A DNA stretch of 64,000 nt from a virus: IMG/VR virus record IMGVR_UViG_3300045988_073070. One strand, 5' to 3'. The translations under genes and the position numbers were made by a program. Position 1 is the stretch's first letter. Every line of letters starts with the position of its first letter. The notes under the pieces were generated by a model, which was given only the letters and a program-made list of their open reading frames with translations, did no database searches and had not been told where the DNA came from. Below are positions 19,162 to 28,270 of this stretch, in pieces.

Positions 19162-20107
19162 TGAAGCGGATTTGAAAGACATTCTTGTCAATCCGACTTT
19201 GAACCGTAGAGGACAATACATTTGCGATTGTCCTTTTTGCGGAAAGGAAAAGCATTTTTATATCTCCAAAGATACCCAGATGTGGGATTGTAAGAAGTGC
19301 GGCGAATATGGAAATATTTACAAACTTCTAAAACGTCTCAATAAAACCTACCTTCTGGGTGGAGCTACGATTGAGGACACCGATATTCTTACCAGTATCA
19401 AGGTATGGTTGGAAGAGCAAGCAGAATCTGACGATACAGTATTGGAAGAACTTCCTGTGAAGAAGTTACCTGTGGGGTGGAAGATAAGCGAAAAGAGCAC
19501 ACCGTATTTATTGGGTAGAGGCATTACACCCGAAGATTGCAAGCGGTATAATATCGGAGCTACTGATTTGTATAGAAAGTACAAGAATTATGTTATCATT
19601 CCGATTTACGACAATGGTGAAATAAGAGGATTCTTGGGACGATACGGAGCAAAACACGTTCCCGAAGATAAGTTGCGTTACAACAACAGTACGAATACTG
19701 AGTTTGGTCAATTGCTATTCGGATATGACGAGATTGTAAAGAATAAGACTTTGACCGTTATTTTGGTAGAAGGTGTCTTTGATAAGATAGCGGTTGACAA
19801 AGTTCTTCGATTATGGGAAATTGACGAAATAAAGTGCGTTTGTACGTTCGGCAAGAAGATAAGCCCAGAGCAACAAAAGAAACTTATACAAAAGGGAATT
19901 GAGAATGTTGTTTTGTTATATGACTTCGATGCTATCAAGGATATAAAAAAGTATGGATTGGAACTTGAAGAATCGTTCAATACAACTATTACTTATACAA
20001 TGAAAAAGGACATTGATGAGTGTACCAAAGATGAAGCATTGGAAGTTTTTAACAACGTAAAACGACCGAGAGAGTTTAATGAGGATGTTATTGGAAAATT
20101 AAAGTAG
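19130..20107 (+). CDS. DnaG-like primase (zinc finger + TOPRIM)
   Basis: Zinc ribbon 'CDCPFCGKEKHF...WDCKKCGEYG'. TOPRIM 'VILVEGVFDKIAV' and 'VLLYDFDA'. Confidence 0.8.
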   Translation: MKERKRTRKIDEADLKDILVNPTLNRRGQYICDCPFCGKEKHFYISKDTQMWDCKKCGEYGNIYKLLKRLNKTYLLGGATIEDTDILTSIKVWLEEQAESDDTVLEELPVKKLPVGWKISEKSTPYLLGRGITPEDCKRYNIGATDLYRKYKNYVIIPIYDNGEIRGFLGRYGAKHVPEDKLRYNNSTNTEFGQLLFGYDEIVKNKTLTVILVEGVFDKIAVDKVLRLWEIDEIKCVCTFGKKISPEQQKKLIQKGIENVVLLYDFDAIKDIKKYGLELEESFNTTITYTMKKDIDECTKDEALEVFNNVKRPREFNEDVIGKLK

Positions 20108-20110
20108 GTT

Positions 20111-20545
20111 ATGGAACATACAAAAACAAGAAACCTTTCAGTTGCCGAATATTTTTTGCAGTTACAAAAAGAATATTTGACTGCTGAGTTTAGGCGAAAA
20201 ATATATTTCAATCCCAAAGATAAGGCGTATTACCAGAAGGTGATGGGCTTCAAGAAGGAGAAGATTGAAAGTATAGCAAAAAGAAATCGTTTGAAGAGCA
20301 TTTTTAATGACAACGTTACTTTAAGCGAGATACAAAGAGAATTGTTCACTTTGGACGGAAAGCCGAAGTTTGAGATGACGGATATTGACCGTGAAAATTA
20401 CTACGCAACGGGCAATGAGTTTTCCTATAAAGGAGAAATATGGACGCTTGACCAAGTGAACGATGATGGAAGTTTAACGCTTTATTCATTGAGCCGTGAG
20501 CAATATGAAAATGCAACCCAAGATGAGGTTTGCCGAATATTATAA
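20111..20545 (+). CDS. hypothetical protein
   Basis: 144-aa ORF starting 4 nt after the primase stop. Confidence 0.6.
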   Translation: MEHTKTRNLSVAEYFLQLQKEYLTAEFRRKIYFNPKDKAYYQKVMGFKKEKIESIAKRNRLKSIFNDNVTLSEIQRELFTLDGKPKFEMTDIDRENYYATGNEFSYKGEIWTLDQVNDDGSLTLYSLSREQYENATQDEVCRIL

Positions 20546-20568
20546 AAGAACTTGCGAAAACCCAATTT

Positions 20569-20635
20569 AAGTTTGGTTTTACCTGAGAATTGCTTAACAA
20601 AAGTTAAATTTTTGGGTAAAACCAAACTTTTTTCG
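20569..20635 (+). terminator. long perfect inverted repeat (terminator and/or operator) ahead of promoter A
   Basis: AAGTTTGGTTTTACC (20569-20583) and GGTAAAACCAAACTT (20615-20629) form a perfect 15-bp stem. The 31-nt loop contains the nested palindrome TTAACAAAAGTTAA. A T-run follows. Confidence 0.55.
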
Positions 20636-20643
20636 TAAAAAAT

Positions 20644-20674
20644 TTTGTAGTTTGGAAAATAGTCTCTATCTTTG
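20644..20674 (+). promoter_or_regulatory. Bacteroidota-type sigma-A promoter A (-33 TTTG / -7 TAnnTTTG)
   Basis: TTTG at 20644-20647, exactly 19 nt, then TATCTTTG at 20667-20674. It shares the extended 'TTTTGTAG' with promoters B-D. Confidence 0.75.
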
Positions 20675-20700
20675 TATCAGAATCGTAAATCAAATTGTAA

Positions 20701-21351
20701 ATGACGATGGAGAAAAAACAAAAAATTTCAGAAACTTTGTACCATAGATACGAGTATCTTGCAAAGAAATATGCAAGCCGTATTTATTCATACGAACAAT
20801 TATCATACGAGTTCGATGATTTGGTGCAGGAGTTCCGAATAAAGATATTCACGTCAATAAAGAGCTACGGAAAGCGTTGGTTAAAATATCGGAAAGAAGG
20901 TTATGCGAAACCTGTGCCCTTGAAATATTATCTTGAAGCTGCTTGTGCTAATAAAATGAGAGACTTCATGAAATATATAACAAGGGAAAATTACAAAGTA
21001 AGGATTGACGAAATCAATTATGACTTTGGGGTGGAAATGGATTCCGAGATTATTCCAGAGCTTAACAAGTTCGTCATTAACGGAATAGATTTATTGGAAG
21101 GATTAACGGGAAAGGAGAGAGCAATATTCAGTTTGTATCTCCGTGGGCATAGCTCAAAAATTCTTACCAAAGTTTATTTTAACAACGCCAAAGAGAAGGC
21201 AAAACGAAAAGAAATTTTGGACAGTGGTGACGAGCCGTTTGGAGTAGCAGATATAATAGAAATGCAATGTAACTTCTTAATCAAAAAGTATGGTAGTGAA
21301 TTGCAGCAACTCCGTAGGACTTTCGCAACTTACAACTTTGATGAAGAGTAA
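20701..21351 (+). CDS. divergent sigma-70-family-like protein (candidate phage sigma factor 1)
   Basis: Region-2-like 'DDLVQEFRIKIF...PLKYYLEAACANKMRDFMKYI'. Region-4-like 'LTGKERAIFSLYLRGHSSKIL'. It is the first gene downstream of promoter A. Confidence 0.55.
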   Translation: MTMEKKQKISETLYHRYEYLAKKYASRIYSYEQLSYEFDDLVQEFRIKIFTSIKSYGKRWLKYRKEGYAKPVPLKYYLEAACANKMRDFMKYITRENYKVRIDEINYDFGVEMDSEIIPELNKFVINGIDLLEGLTGKERAIFSLYLRGHSSKILTKVYFNNAKEKAKRKEILDSGDEPFGVADIIEMQCNFLIKKYGSELQQLRRTFATYNFDEE

Positions 21352-21396
21352 CAAATAATTAGACAATTTTTAATAAACAATTAAATCGTAAAAAAG

Positions 21397-22740
21397 ATGG
21401 CAACTAAATTGACCGCCAATGTGGCAAAGAGAGTTAAAGCATTAGGAATTAATGCAACAACTGACGAGGCAGCACGCCCAAAACTTCTGGAAATTCTGGA
21501 AGAGAATGGAATTGAGCAGATGGACGATGAGGACATCACAACTCTGGTAGAAATCGCAGAATCTTTCGTGGACGCAGATGCGGACGGGGATGATGAAGGA
21601 GACGAAGAAGCGGAAAACGATGCTTTGGCTGAAGAAGTTGAAGAGGAAGAAAAACCGAAAAAGGGAGCAAAGAAAGCTACCAAGAAAGCCGAGCCTGAAC
21701 CCGAAGAAGAAGATGAGGACGAGGAAGAAGAAAGCGATGATGAGGAAGAATCTGACGAGGATTCCGAAGAAGGCGATGAGCTTGACGACATGGACAGAGG
21801 TGAGTTGAAAGACTACATCAAAGAAAACGAATTGGAAATCACCGTGAAGAAATCTTGGAGTGATGACGACATTCGTGAAAAAATCCGTGAAGCTATGGGC
21901 GATGAAGAGGATGAGGAAGAAGATGAAGCACCTGCTCCGAAAAAGAACGCCAAAACTGCGGCTGCTCCGAAAAAAGAGGAAAAGAAAGCCGACAAAAAAG
22001 AAGCTCCGAAGGCTTCAGCCAAAAAGGAAGACAAACCGAAGGCTGACAAAAAAGCTACTGCGAAACGTGGTAACAAACTTGACCCGAAGAACAACGAAGA
22101 AGACAGAAAACATTTTGACTTCTTGAAGAAGTTGTTCCCTGAAAAAGATTACATCTATGCTTGGGTTGCAAGTGCTGGCGTAACAATCAAGTACAAAGGC
22201 AAAAACAGCAACCGTTCTCTTATCAGCCTTGAAAATTGTACGCTCAAGGGAGAAGGAAAGAATGCGGTTATGACTTGCAACCTGTACCTGCTTATCTTCA
22301 ACGGCAAATACGAAGCGTTGGAAAAAGCCGAAGTGGAATATGAAAAATGTTGGAGTGGTGCTCCGATGTTGAAAGCTATCGAAGTAAGCGAAGCCGTTGA
22401 GGTCATTGAATCTCTGAAAGACGAAATGGACAAGATGGTAGGCGGTATCGACAAGAAGTTGGGAGACAACCGCAAGAAAATGGAAGAAGGTTTGAAGAAG
22501 GACAAGAAAGCTGCCGGCAAAGCATCATCCAAGAAGGCTTCTGACGATGAAGAGGAAGAAGATGAGGACGAGGAAGAACAGCCGAAAGCAAAAGCGAAAC
22601 CTGCCGCAAAGAAGGCTTCCAAAAAGGTAGAAGTGGAAGAGGACGAAGAAGATGAGGATGACGAGGAAGAAGCACCCGCACCGAAAAAGAAAGCGACCTC
22701 AAAGACCGCTACCAAGAAAACGGTAAACAAAAAGAAATAA
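21397..22740 (+). CDS. large polyampholyte protein (poly-Asp/Glu and Lys/Ala tracts around a globular core)
   Basis: 447 aa with long D/E runs and K/A/P runs. It carries the 'DDMDRGELKDYIKENELEITVKKSWSDDDIREKIREAMG' module shared with 29120-30463. Globular core lies at about aa 235-345. Confidence 0.7.
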   Translation: MATKLTANVAKRVKALGINATTDEAARPKLLEILEENGIEQMDDEDITTLVEIAESFVDADADGDDEGDEEAENDALAEEVEEEEKPKKGAKKATKKAEPEPEEEDEDEEEESDDEEESDEDSEEGDELDDMDRGELKDYIKENELEITVKKSWSDDDIREKIREAMGDEEDEEEDEAPAPKKNAKTAAAPKKEEKKADKKEAPKASAKKEDKPKADKKATAKRGNKLDPKNNEEDRKHFDFLKKLFPEKDYIYAWVASAGVTIKYKGKNSNRSLISLENCTLKGEGKNAVMTCNLYLLIFNGKYEALEKAEVEYEKCWSGAPMLKAIEVSEAVEVIESLKDEMDKMVGGIDKKLGDNRKKMEEGLKKDKKAAGKASSKKASDDEEEEDEDEEEQPKAKAKPAAKKASKKVEVEEDEEDEDDEEEAPAPKKKATSKTATKKTVNKKK

Positions 22741-22771
22741 GCCCAACCAGACTTATTGTAATTGGAAAGGG

Positions 22772-22808
22772 AGTAGCTTGTAAAAGTTGCTCCTTTTCTT
22801 TTCTCCCA
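22772..22808 (+). terminator. intrinsic terminator (conserved GGAGTrGC-TTGTAAAA-GTyGCTCC family)
   Basis: GGAGTAGC (22772-22779), loop TTGTAAAA, GTTGCTCC (22788-22795) with two G-U pairs, then TTTTCTTTTCT. Confidence 0.75.
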
Positions 22809-22882
22809 GCGTTATCAACGTTATAAGATACGAACGAAAGAATAAAGAAATTAAGTCATTTTAACAAATAAATTAAGTTGAT

Positions 22883-24082
22883 ATGGAAATTCCGAAAAAC
22901 AATTGCTTTTTTCCCGATTATGGAGTGGCGAAAGTAGAAACGTTTGGGATGTTGTACCCTGTAATTAATGATTACATCTTAACCAACAAACAAAAAGAAG
23001 AAAGCCGAGCAGGAGATGTAAAGGAACTGCTGGACGTCAAAACAATCATAACCAATCCTTATCAACGTTGCGTTGGCGGTTATGGTAGAGACATCAATGT
23101 ATTCTTTCTTCTTGCCGAAGCTATGTGGATAGCTGTTGGAAGAAAAGATGTAGAGTTTTTGGAAATATTCAATTCACGTATGAAGGACTTCAGTGATGAC
23201 GGAAAGACTTTCCACGCACCATACGGATTCCGATTGCGTCATTGGGGTATTCGTACCGAAGACAAATATGAAAGCGGAGTTAATGCCGCTCAAGGATATG
23301 ACCAAGTAGCAGATGCAATACGGCTCTTGTCCGAGAATCATAACACACGTCAGGTAGTTATGGCAATATGGAATCCGAGTTTTGACTTGGGAGCGAAAAG
23401 CAAGGACATTCCTTGTAACGACCTTGTGATGTTGAAGATTCGTGATGGTAAGATGGTCACCACAATTCAGAATCGGAGTAATGACCTTCATTGGGGATTG
23501 CCGACAAATATATTCCAATTCTCTTTCTTGACCGAGATTATGGCGACTTGTCTTGGTATCGAATTGGGAACACAAACACACAACTCTCAAAGTCTTCATA
23601 TTTATGATTGGAACGGTACGGCAAAGAAGATGCAAGAAATCTTCAAGGCTTCGGGAACGGGGCATTCACTTTATGAAGCTACGCCAGCCGAAGCGAAACC
23701 GATGGACTTTGCTTTCAATCATGAGGTTGCAATTAACCGTCTCCGTGAAGTAGATTCACATTTGAATATCGTTATCGAAAATCTTCTCAGGATAAAGAAT
23801 GGAGAAGATGAGATACAAGACGAAATTAAGCAGCTACAAGACTTTTCAACCTTCTTCTTTAATACTTACCAGCTCCTGAAAATATACGTGCTCTACAAGC
23901 ATAAAAACAAGCTGGCTAAAACGGATATTGAAAAGGATGCTATTCGCAAAACAGCGATAGCCGAAATTGAACTGTTGGAAGCCGAAGGAGCAAAAGATTG
24001 GGACATGGCAATACTTGCAAAGAACTTCTTTCACGCAAGGTTAAGTAAACCAATGAAGCATAAATATCTTGGGAAGCTATGA
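22883..24082 (+). CDS. thymidylate synthase (ThyA) family enzyme, divergent, with C-terminal extension
   Basis: Aligns by eye to E. coli ThyA: 'FHAPYGFRLRHW' (GPVYGKQWRAW), 'RQVVMAIWNP' (RRIIVSAWN), 'IPCNDLVMLKIRDGKMVTTIQNRSNDLHWGLPTNIFQF' ([38 protein letters not shown]) and 'LHIYDWN' (THLYSNH). At 399 aa it is longer than canonical ThyA. Confidence 0.8.
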   Translation: MEIPKNNCFFPDYGVAKVETFGMLYPVINDYILTNKQKEESRAGDVKELLDVKTIITNPYQRCVGGYGRDINVFFLLAEAMWIAVGRKDVEFLEIFNSRMKDFSDDGKTFHAPYGFRLRHWGIRTEDKYESGVNAAQGYDQVADAIRLLSENHNTRQVVMAIWNPSFDLGAKSKDIPCNDLVMLKIRDGKMVTTIQNRSNDLHWGLPTNIFQFSFLTEIMATCLGIELGTQTHNSQSLHIYDWNGTAKKMQEIFKASGTGHSLYEATPAEAKPMDFAFNHEVAINRLREVDSHLNIVIENLLRIKNGEDEIQDEIKQLQDFSTFFFNTYQLLKIYVLYKHKNKLAKTDIEKDAIRKTAIAEIELLEAEGAKDWDMAILAKNFFHARLSKPMKHKYLGKL

Positions 24083-27000
24083 CCGAAAGTTTACAAAAAT
24101 GGATTGAAGAAAATCATTTGGTAATATCAGAATCGTCTTTGAATGGTTCTGATATTATCTCTATTGAAGGCATGGGAACATTCTTATACCTTCACCCGTT
24201 TGACGGGAAAATAATTGACGAAGATTTTGGCTTTATATTATCCGATGAAGAATTTGATATGTTGGATGAGGCGAAAGTGAACTTCATTCTATTTGAGTTT
24301 GGTCAAAAATTCTATTATTCGGGAATAAAGAAAACCAAAAACCGCTACAACGAATTAATCTTCAAACCTCAATTCAATGACTTCAAATATCTTGGAGTAA
24401 CAAGCGAGGAATTTATAATGGACTTTTCTCACTTGGGCGTTCATTCGGAGTACGAAATATTGAATGGCTCTGGCGGTTGTGAGGTATGGGCAAAGAAAGC
24501 TAAATTCACTGGCGTTAAGGCTCTTGGAATATGCGACCGAAATACTTTGGCTGGAGCTTTATCATTCCAGAGCTTTTGCGATAAGTATGGCGTGAAATCG
24601 GTTATCGGAGAAACCATAACCGTTGCCAAGGACTATGATGCTGAAAAAGAGAATCAAGAAACCTTTGAACTGAAAGCCTACATATTGAACTACGAGGGGT
24701 GGAAAAACCTTTTGTTGATTAATAAGGCTATGAACGTAGATTACAACGGATTCATTCCAGACAATGAATTGTATAAGCGAGGAAAGGGATTGGCGTTGGT
24801 CATACCCAAAGAATCGGAGTTCAATTACATTAAGGATGAAAAGAAGGAAGTTATCAAGCTCATAGCAAAGTATAAGAAGCATTTTACAAGAGTTTATTAT
24901 CAGATAGACACCGTTGAGTACGTTTCGGATTCTTTATTCAAGAAGCACTTGGAAAACATTGATACATATATCTGCGAATATAAGAAATATGTCAAACCAA
25001 TTCTCATAAATGATTCCTACTATCTTGACCGTGAAATGCACGAGTTGAAAGGAGTTCTGAACAAGGTATTAGGAAAAGCAGCACCCGAAGCATTGAACCA
25101 ATATTTCAAGAGTTGTCGAGAAACGTTTGATGAATATGCCGATTGGCTTGACGAGGTTGAACCGTTATTCCAGACAATCATAGAAGGTATTGAAAATGCC
25201 AACCGATTAGCAGACCGAGTTGACTTCAAGATTCCTTCGGGAGAAAGAAAGCTGCCTCACTTCGAGGTTGATGACCCAGTAGCACTGTTCTTCGATATGT
25301 TGGAGAAAGGAGTTCAAGAACGTCTTTCACATCTTCCAAAGAAAGAGTTTGAAGTGTATATGAAACGCTTGGAAATCGAATGTAATGTAATTGTACCGAA
25401 TGACTTGGTTGATTACTTTATGATTCTTTGGGATATAATCAATTGGTGTAAAAAGAATGGTATAATGGTAGGCACTGGACGTGGTTCGGTTTGCGGTAGT
25501 CTTGTCGCTTATTGTTTACACATTACAGATGTTGACCCATTGAAATACGGATTGATGTTTGAACGTTTCTTGAACGAAACACGTGTATCGGGAGAGCGAG
25601 CAAAGTCAGCCGATAGTATGCCCGATATTGATGTGGACTTTCCAACGGAACACCGAGATGCGGTGAAGAACTATATCAAGGATAAATATGGGTATGATTA
25701 CACTTGTTCTATCGGAACGTACACCCGAATGAAACTCAAGACTTGCTTGAAGGACTTCGCCAAAGTAAAGGGTTTGCCGTTCGATGTAATGAATAAACTC
25801 ACGAAGGATATTGACGACCAAATTGAATACACTTGGGGAGACTTAATTGAATACGCAAGTAAATCGAAAGCCTTGTTCAAGTTCGTTCAGGAGAATCCTG
25901 ATATTGTTCATTTGACGAAATACGGCATGTTACAATGCAAGGCTGCTTCGGTTCACCCTTCTGCTGCGATTATAGTTCCAAAGCATACGGTTGATGGAAC
26001 AAACCGAGAAATTGATATTTGGGAATGGATGCCCGTTAAGAAAATTGATGGCGTTCTTGTATCGGAGTGGGAAGGTAAATACATAGACAAGTCTGGATTC
26101 TTGAAAGAAGATATTTTGGGACTTAATCAGCTTGATAAGTTCAAGAGTATGGAGATATTGATTCAGAAGAACTACGGGAAAAAGATTGATTGGAATCAGA
26201 TTCCTTTGGACGATGAAGAAACATTCAAATATTTCAAGAGAGGTTGGAATGAGGATGTATTCCAATTTGGTACACAAGGCTTGATGAATTATAGCCGACA
26301 AGTGAAACCTGATACTTTGGCGCAACTAATAGCCATGACGGCTCTATTCCGACCTGGCCCAATGGAGCTTAATGCACACTCAGATTTTGCCGATATTAAG
26401 AACGGAAAGAAGAAGCCAACATACGACTTCGGAATGGAAGAGATAACTGGGGAAACCTTTGGATTATACGTCTATCAAGAGCAAATCATGAAGGGTGTAG
26501 TTGTGGGCGGTTTAACCGAAGTTGAATCAGACATTCTCCGTACTACTATCAAAAAGAAAGACGTCAAGACACTATCATCATATGGCGAAAAATTCAAAGA
26601 AGGATATTCAAAATTATTGGAGAAAAACGGCATAGAGAATCCGAAGGAATATGCGGAGAAGGTATGGGCAAAATTGCTTGCTTTCTCTGGATATGGTTTC
26701 AATAAATCTCATGCTGCGGCTTATTCCATAATGTCCTATTGGAGCCAATATATGAAAGTTAATTATCCGTTGGAGTTTTGGACAACTTCTTTGCAATATG
26801 CCAAAGAGGGTGAAGTGCCATACCGATTAGCGGAGTTAAAGAAAACAGGCGTTGAAATCGAAATACGACCGCCAGATGTTAATTTCTCCGAGCAAACATT
26901 CACTTGTGACCCGAAAGAACAACGCATCTTCTTCAGTTTAACAAAGATTAAGGATGTTGGTGAAAAGGTAGTTCCATATATCATGGCTGAACGTGAGAAG

Positions 27001-27618
27001 GGTGGAAGATTCTTTTCATTGGAAGAGTTCGTTGAAAGAGTTCCGTCAAAGGTAAACAAGAAAATCATAGAGAGGTTAATTGTTGCGGGAGCTTTTGATA
27101 TTGTTGAAAATGTAAAAAATCCGAGAGATAGAAAGAAGTTGTTGCAATGGTATCTTGATTATAAGAAAGCCGAAATGCCGAAAGATTATCAAGTGCCCGA
27201 AAGTGAAACAAATTCATTTTGGGTATTCGAGCAAAAACGTTTGACGGGATTTGGTGAAGTAGATTATGAGACAATGATTCGGGATGCTATTCCAAATAAA
27301 AGAGTGGCAAAGTTATACGTTAATGACTTTGAGTTCTCCAATACGAAGGAAGGCAAAGAAGCCACAATTGCAGGCAAGTTAATATACTACCAAGAACGTA
27401 GCATCAAGAACGGAACAATGGTCAGCGTTAATATAGACTGTAACAATACTATCATACCCGTAACACTTTGGCCAGATGCGGTTGAGAGACTTCCTGAAAA
27501 TATATCGGAGTATAAAAACCGAGTTGTGGCAATATCTGGACGGGTCAAGAAAGATAAGTTCAAAAACCAAAAAGTTCTCTATTCAGATGATAGAACAAAA
27601 ATTTATATAATATCGTAA
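24079..27618 (+). CDS. dnaE: DNA polymerase III alpha subunit (DnaE-type, PHP domain + palm/fingers + OB)
   Basis: PHP 'HLGVHSEYEILNGSGG' and 'LGICDRNTLAG'. Palm 'GTGRGSVCGSLVAYCLHITDVDP' and 'PDIDVDF'. Also 'LYVYQEQIM' and 'FNKSHAAAYS'. 1179 aa. Confidence 0.95.
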   Translation: MTESLQKWIEENHLVISESSLNGSDIISIEGMGTFLYLHPFDGKIIDEDFGFILSDEEFDMLDEAKVNFILFEFGQKFYYSGIKKTKNRYNELIFKPQFNDFKYLGVTSEEFIMDFSHLGVHSEYEILNGSGGCEVWAKKAKFTGVKALGICDRNTLAGALSFQSFCDKYGVKSVIGETITVAKDYDAEKENQETFELKAYILNYEGWKNLLLINKAMNVDYNGFIPDNELYKRGKGLALVIPKESEFNYIKDEKKEVIKLIAKYKKHFTRVYYQIDTVEYVSDSLFKKHLENIDTYICEYKKYVKPILINDSYYLDREMHELKGVLNKVLGKAAPEALNQYFKSCRETFDEYADWLDEVEPLFQTIIEGIENANRLADRVDFKIPSGERKLPHFEVDDPVALFFDMLEKGVQERLSHLPKKEFEVYMKRLEIECNVIVPNDLVDYFMILWDIINWCKKNGIMVGTGRGSVCGSLVAYCLHITDVDPLKYGLMFERFLNETRVSGERAKSADSMPDIDVDFPTEHRDAVKNYIKDKYGYDYTCSIGTYTRMKLKTCLKDFAKVKGLPFDVMNKLTKDIDDQIEYTWGDLIEYASKSKALFKFVQENPDIVHLTKYGMLQCKAASVHPSAAIIVPKHTVDGTNREIDIWEWMPVKKIDGVLVSEWEGKYIDKSGFLKEDILGLNQLDKFKSMEILIQKNYGKKIDWNQIPLDDEETFKYFKRGWNEDVFQFGTQGLMNYSRQVKPDTLAQLIAMTALFRPGPMELNAHSDFADIKNGKKKPTYDFGMEEITGETFGLYVYQEQIMKGVVVGGLTEVESDILRTTIKKKDVKTLSSYGEKFKEGYSKLLEKNGIENPKEYAEKVWAKLLAFSGYGFNKSHAAAYSIMSYWSQYMKVNYPLEFWTTSLQYAKEGEVPYRLAELKKTGVEIEIRPPDVNFSEQTFTCDPKEQRIFFSLTKIKDVGEKVVPYIMAEREKGGRFFSLEEFVERVPSKVNKKIIERLIVAGAFDIVENVKNPRDRKKLLQWYLDYKKAEMPKDYQVPESETNSFWVFEQKRLTGFGEVDYETMIRDAIPNKRVAKLYVNDFEFSNTKEGKEATIAGKLIYYQERSIKNGTMVSVNIDCNNTIIPVTLWPDAVERLPENISEYKNRVVAISGRVKKDKFKNQKVLYSDDRTKIYIIS

Positions 27619-27628
27619 ATCAAATTGT

Positions 27629-28270
27629 ATGTTAAGCAAAATTATTTTAGGCAAGTACCTGCAACGACTTGACAACATCAAGCAATGGCAGGAAATGGAC
27701 GTTTTCAAGGAAGAAAGCGTGAGTCAACATTCGTATAAAGATTCAATTTTTGCGAGAGTATTATTGGAAGATATATTCGGCAACAATCAAAGTCCGAAGG
27801 TAGTTCAGTTCAAATTAGATGTAGTTACAAGAACACTTCTTCACGACTGGGATGAAGCCTTGATTCTACGAGACATGTCTCACGAGACCAAATACAATCC
27901 TTACAACGGAGAGGAAATCAGAAGGTGCTTAAATGCCCTTTCCAATCATATTGCGTTGAATGAGTTCCGAGAGGTTGACGAGGATTCTTGCGACACGGAT
28001 TCGTCACGTATGATGTGGGGAATGATTTGCGCTTGTCCAGAGCCAGTAAAGAGTTTTGCTAAACTATGTGATTGGATTGCGTTATTCTTTTATATGCAAA
28101 GGGAAAAGCATCTGGGCAATAAGGACTTGGAGAAATCTTGGAACATTGCGGCAAGTAAATTTCCCGAAGCGATTGACAATGTAATAAATGTGTTGAAGGG
28201 ATATTTCCCGAACGAGAAATTGAACTTTGATGAATTGTATAACTTAAAAACAATTTTTGAAGATGAGTAA
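27629..28270 (+). CDS. HD-domain phosphohydrolase, YfbR-like 5'-deoxynucleotidase family
   Basis: 'ESVSQHSYKDSIFA' (compare ENVAEHS) and 'LLHDWDEALILRDMSHE' (compare LLHDasE..tGD). Preceded by the 18-mer ATCGTAAATCAAATTGTA. Confidence 0.7.
   Translation: MLSKIILGKYLQRLDNIKQWQEMDVFKEESVSQHSYKDSIFARVLLEDIFGNNQSPKVVQFKLDVVTRTLLHDWDEALILRDMSHETKYNPYNGEEIRRCLNALSNHIALNEFREVDEDSCDTDSSRMMWGMICACPEPVKSFAKLCDWIALFFYMQREKHLGNKDLEKSWNIAASKFPEAIDNVINVLKGYFPNEKLNFDELYNLKTIFEDE

Noticed and set aside
21381-22730. Long minus-strand ORFs rich in Ser/Phe (21381-21791, 21813-22094, 22155-22730), with similar ones at 29962-30627 and 33217-33696.
   Set aside because: They are the antisense reading of GAA/GAT/AAG-rich acidic or coiled-coil coding tracts on the + strand (TTC/ATC/CTT give Ser/Phe/Leu runs). 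They lie entirely inside well-supported + strand genes and have no start-context motif.
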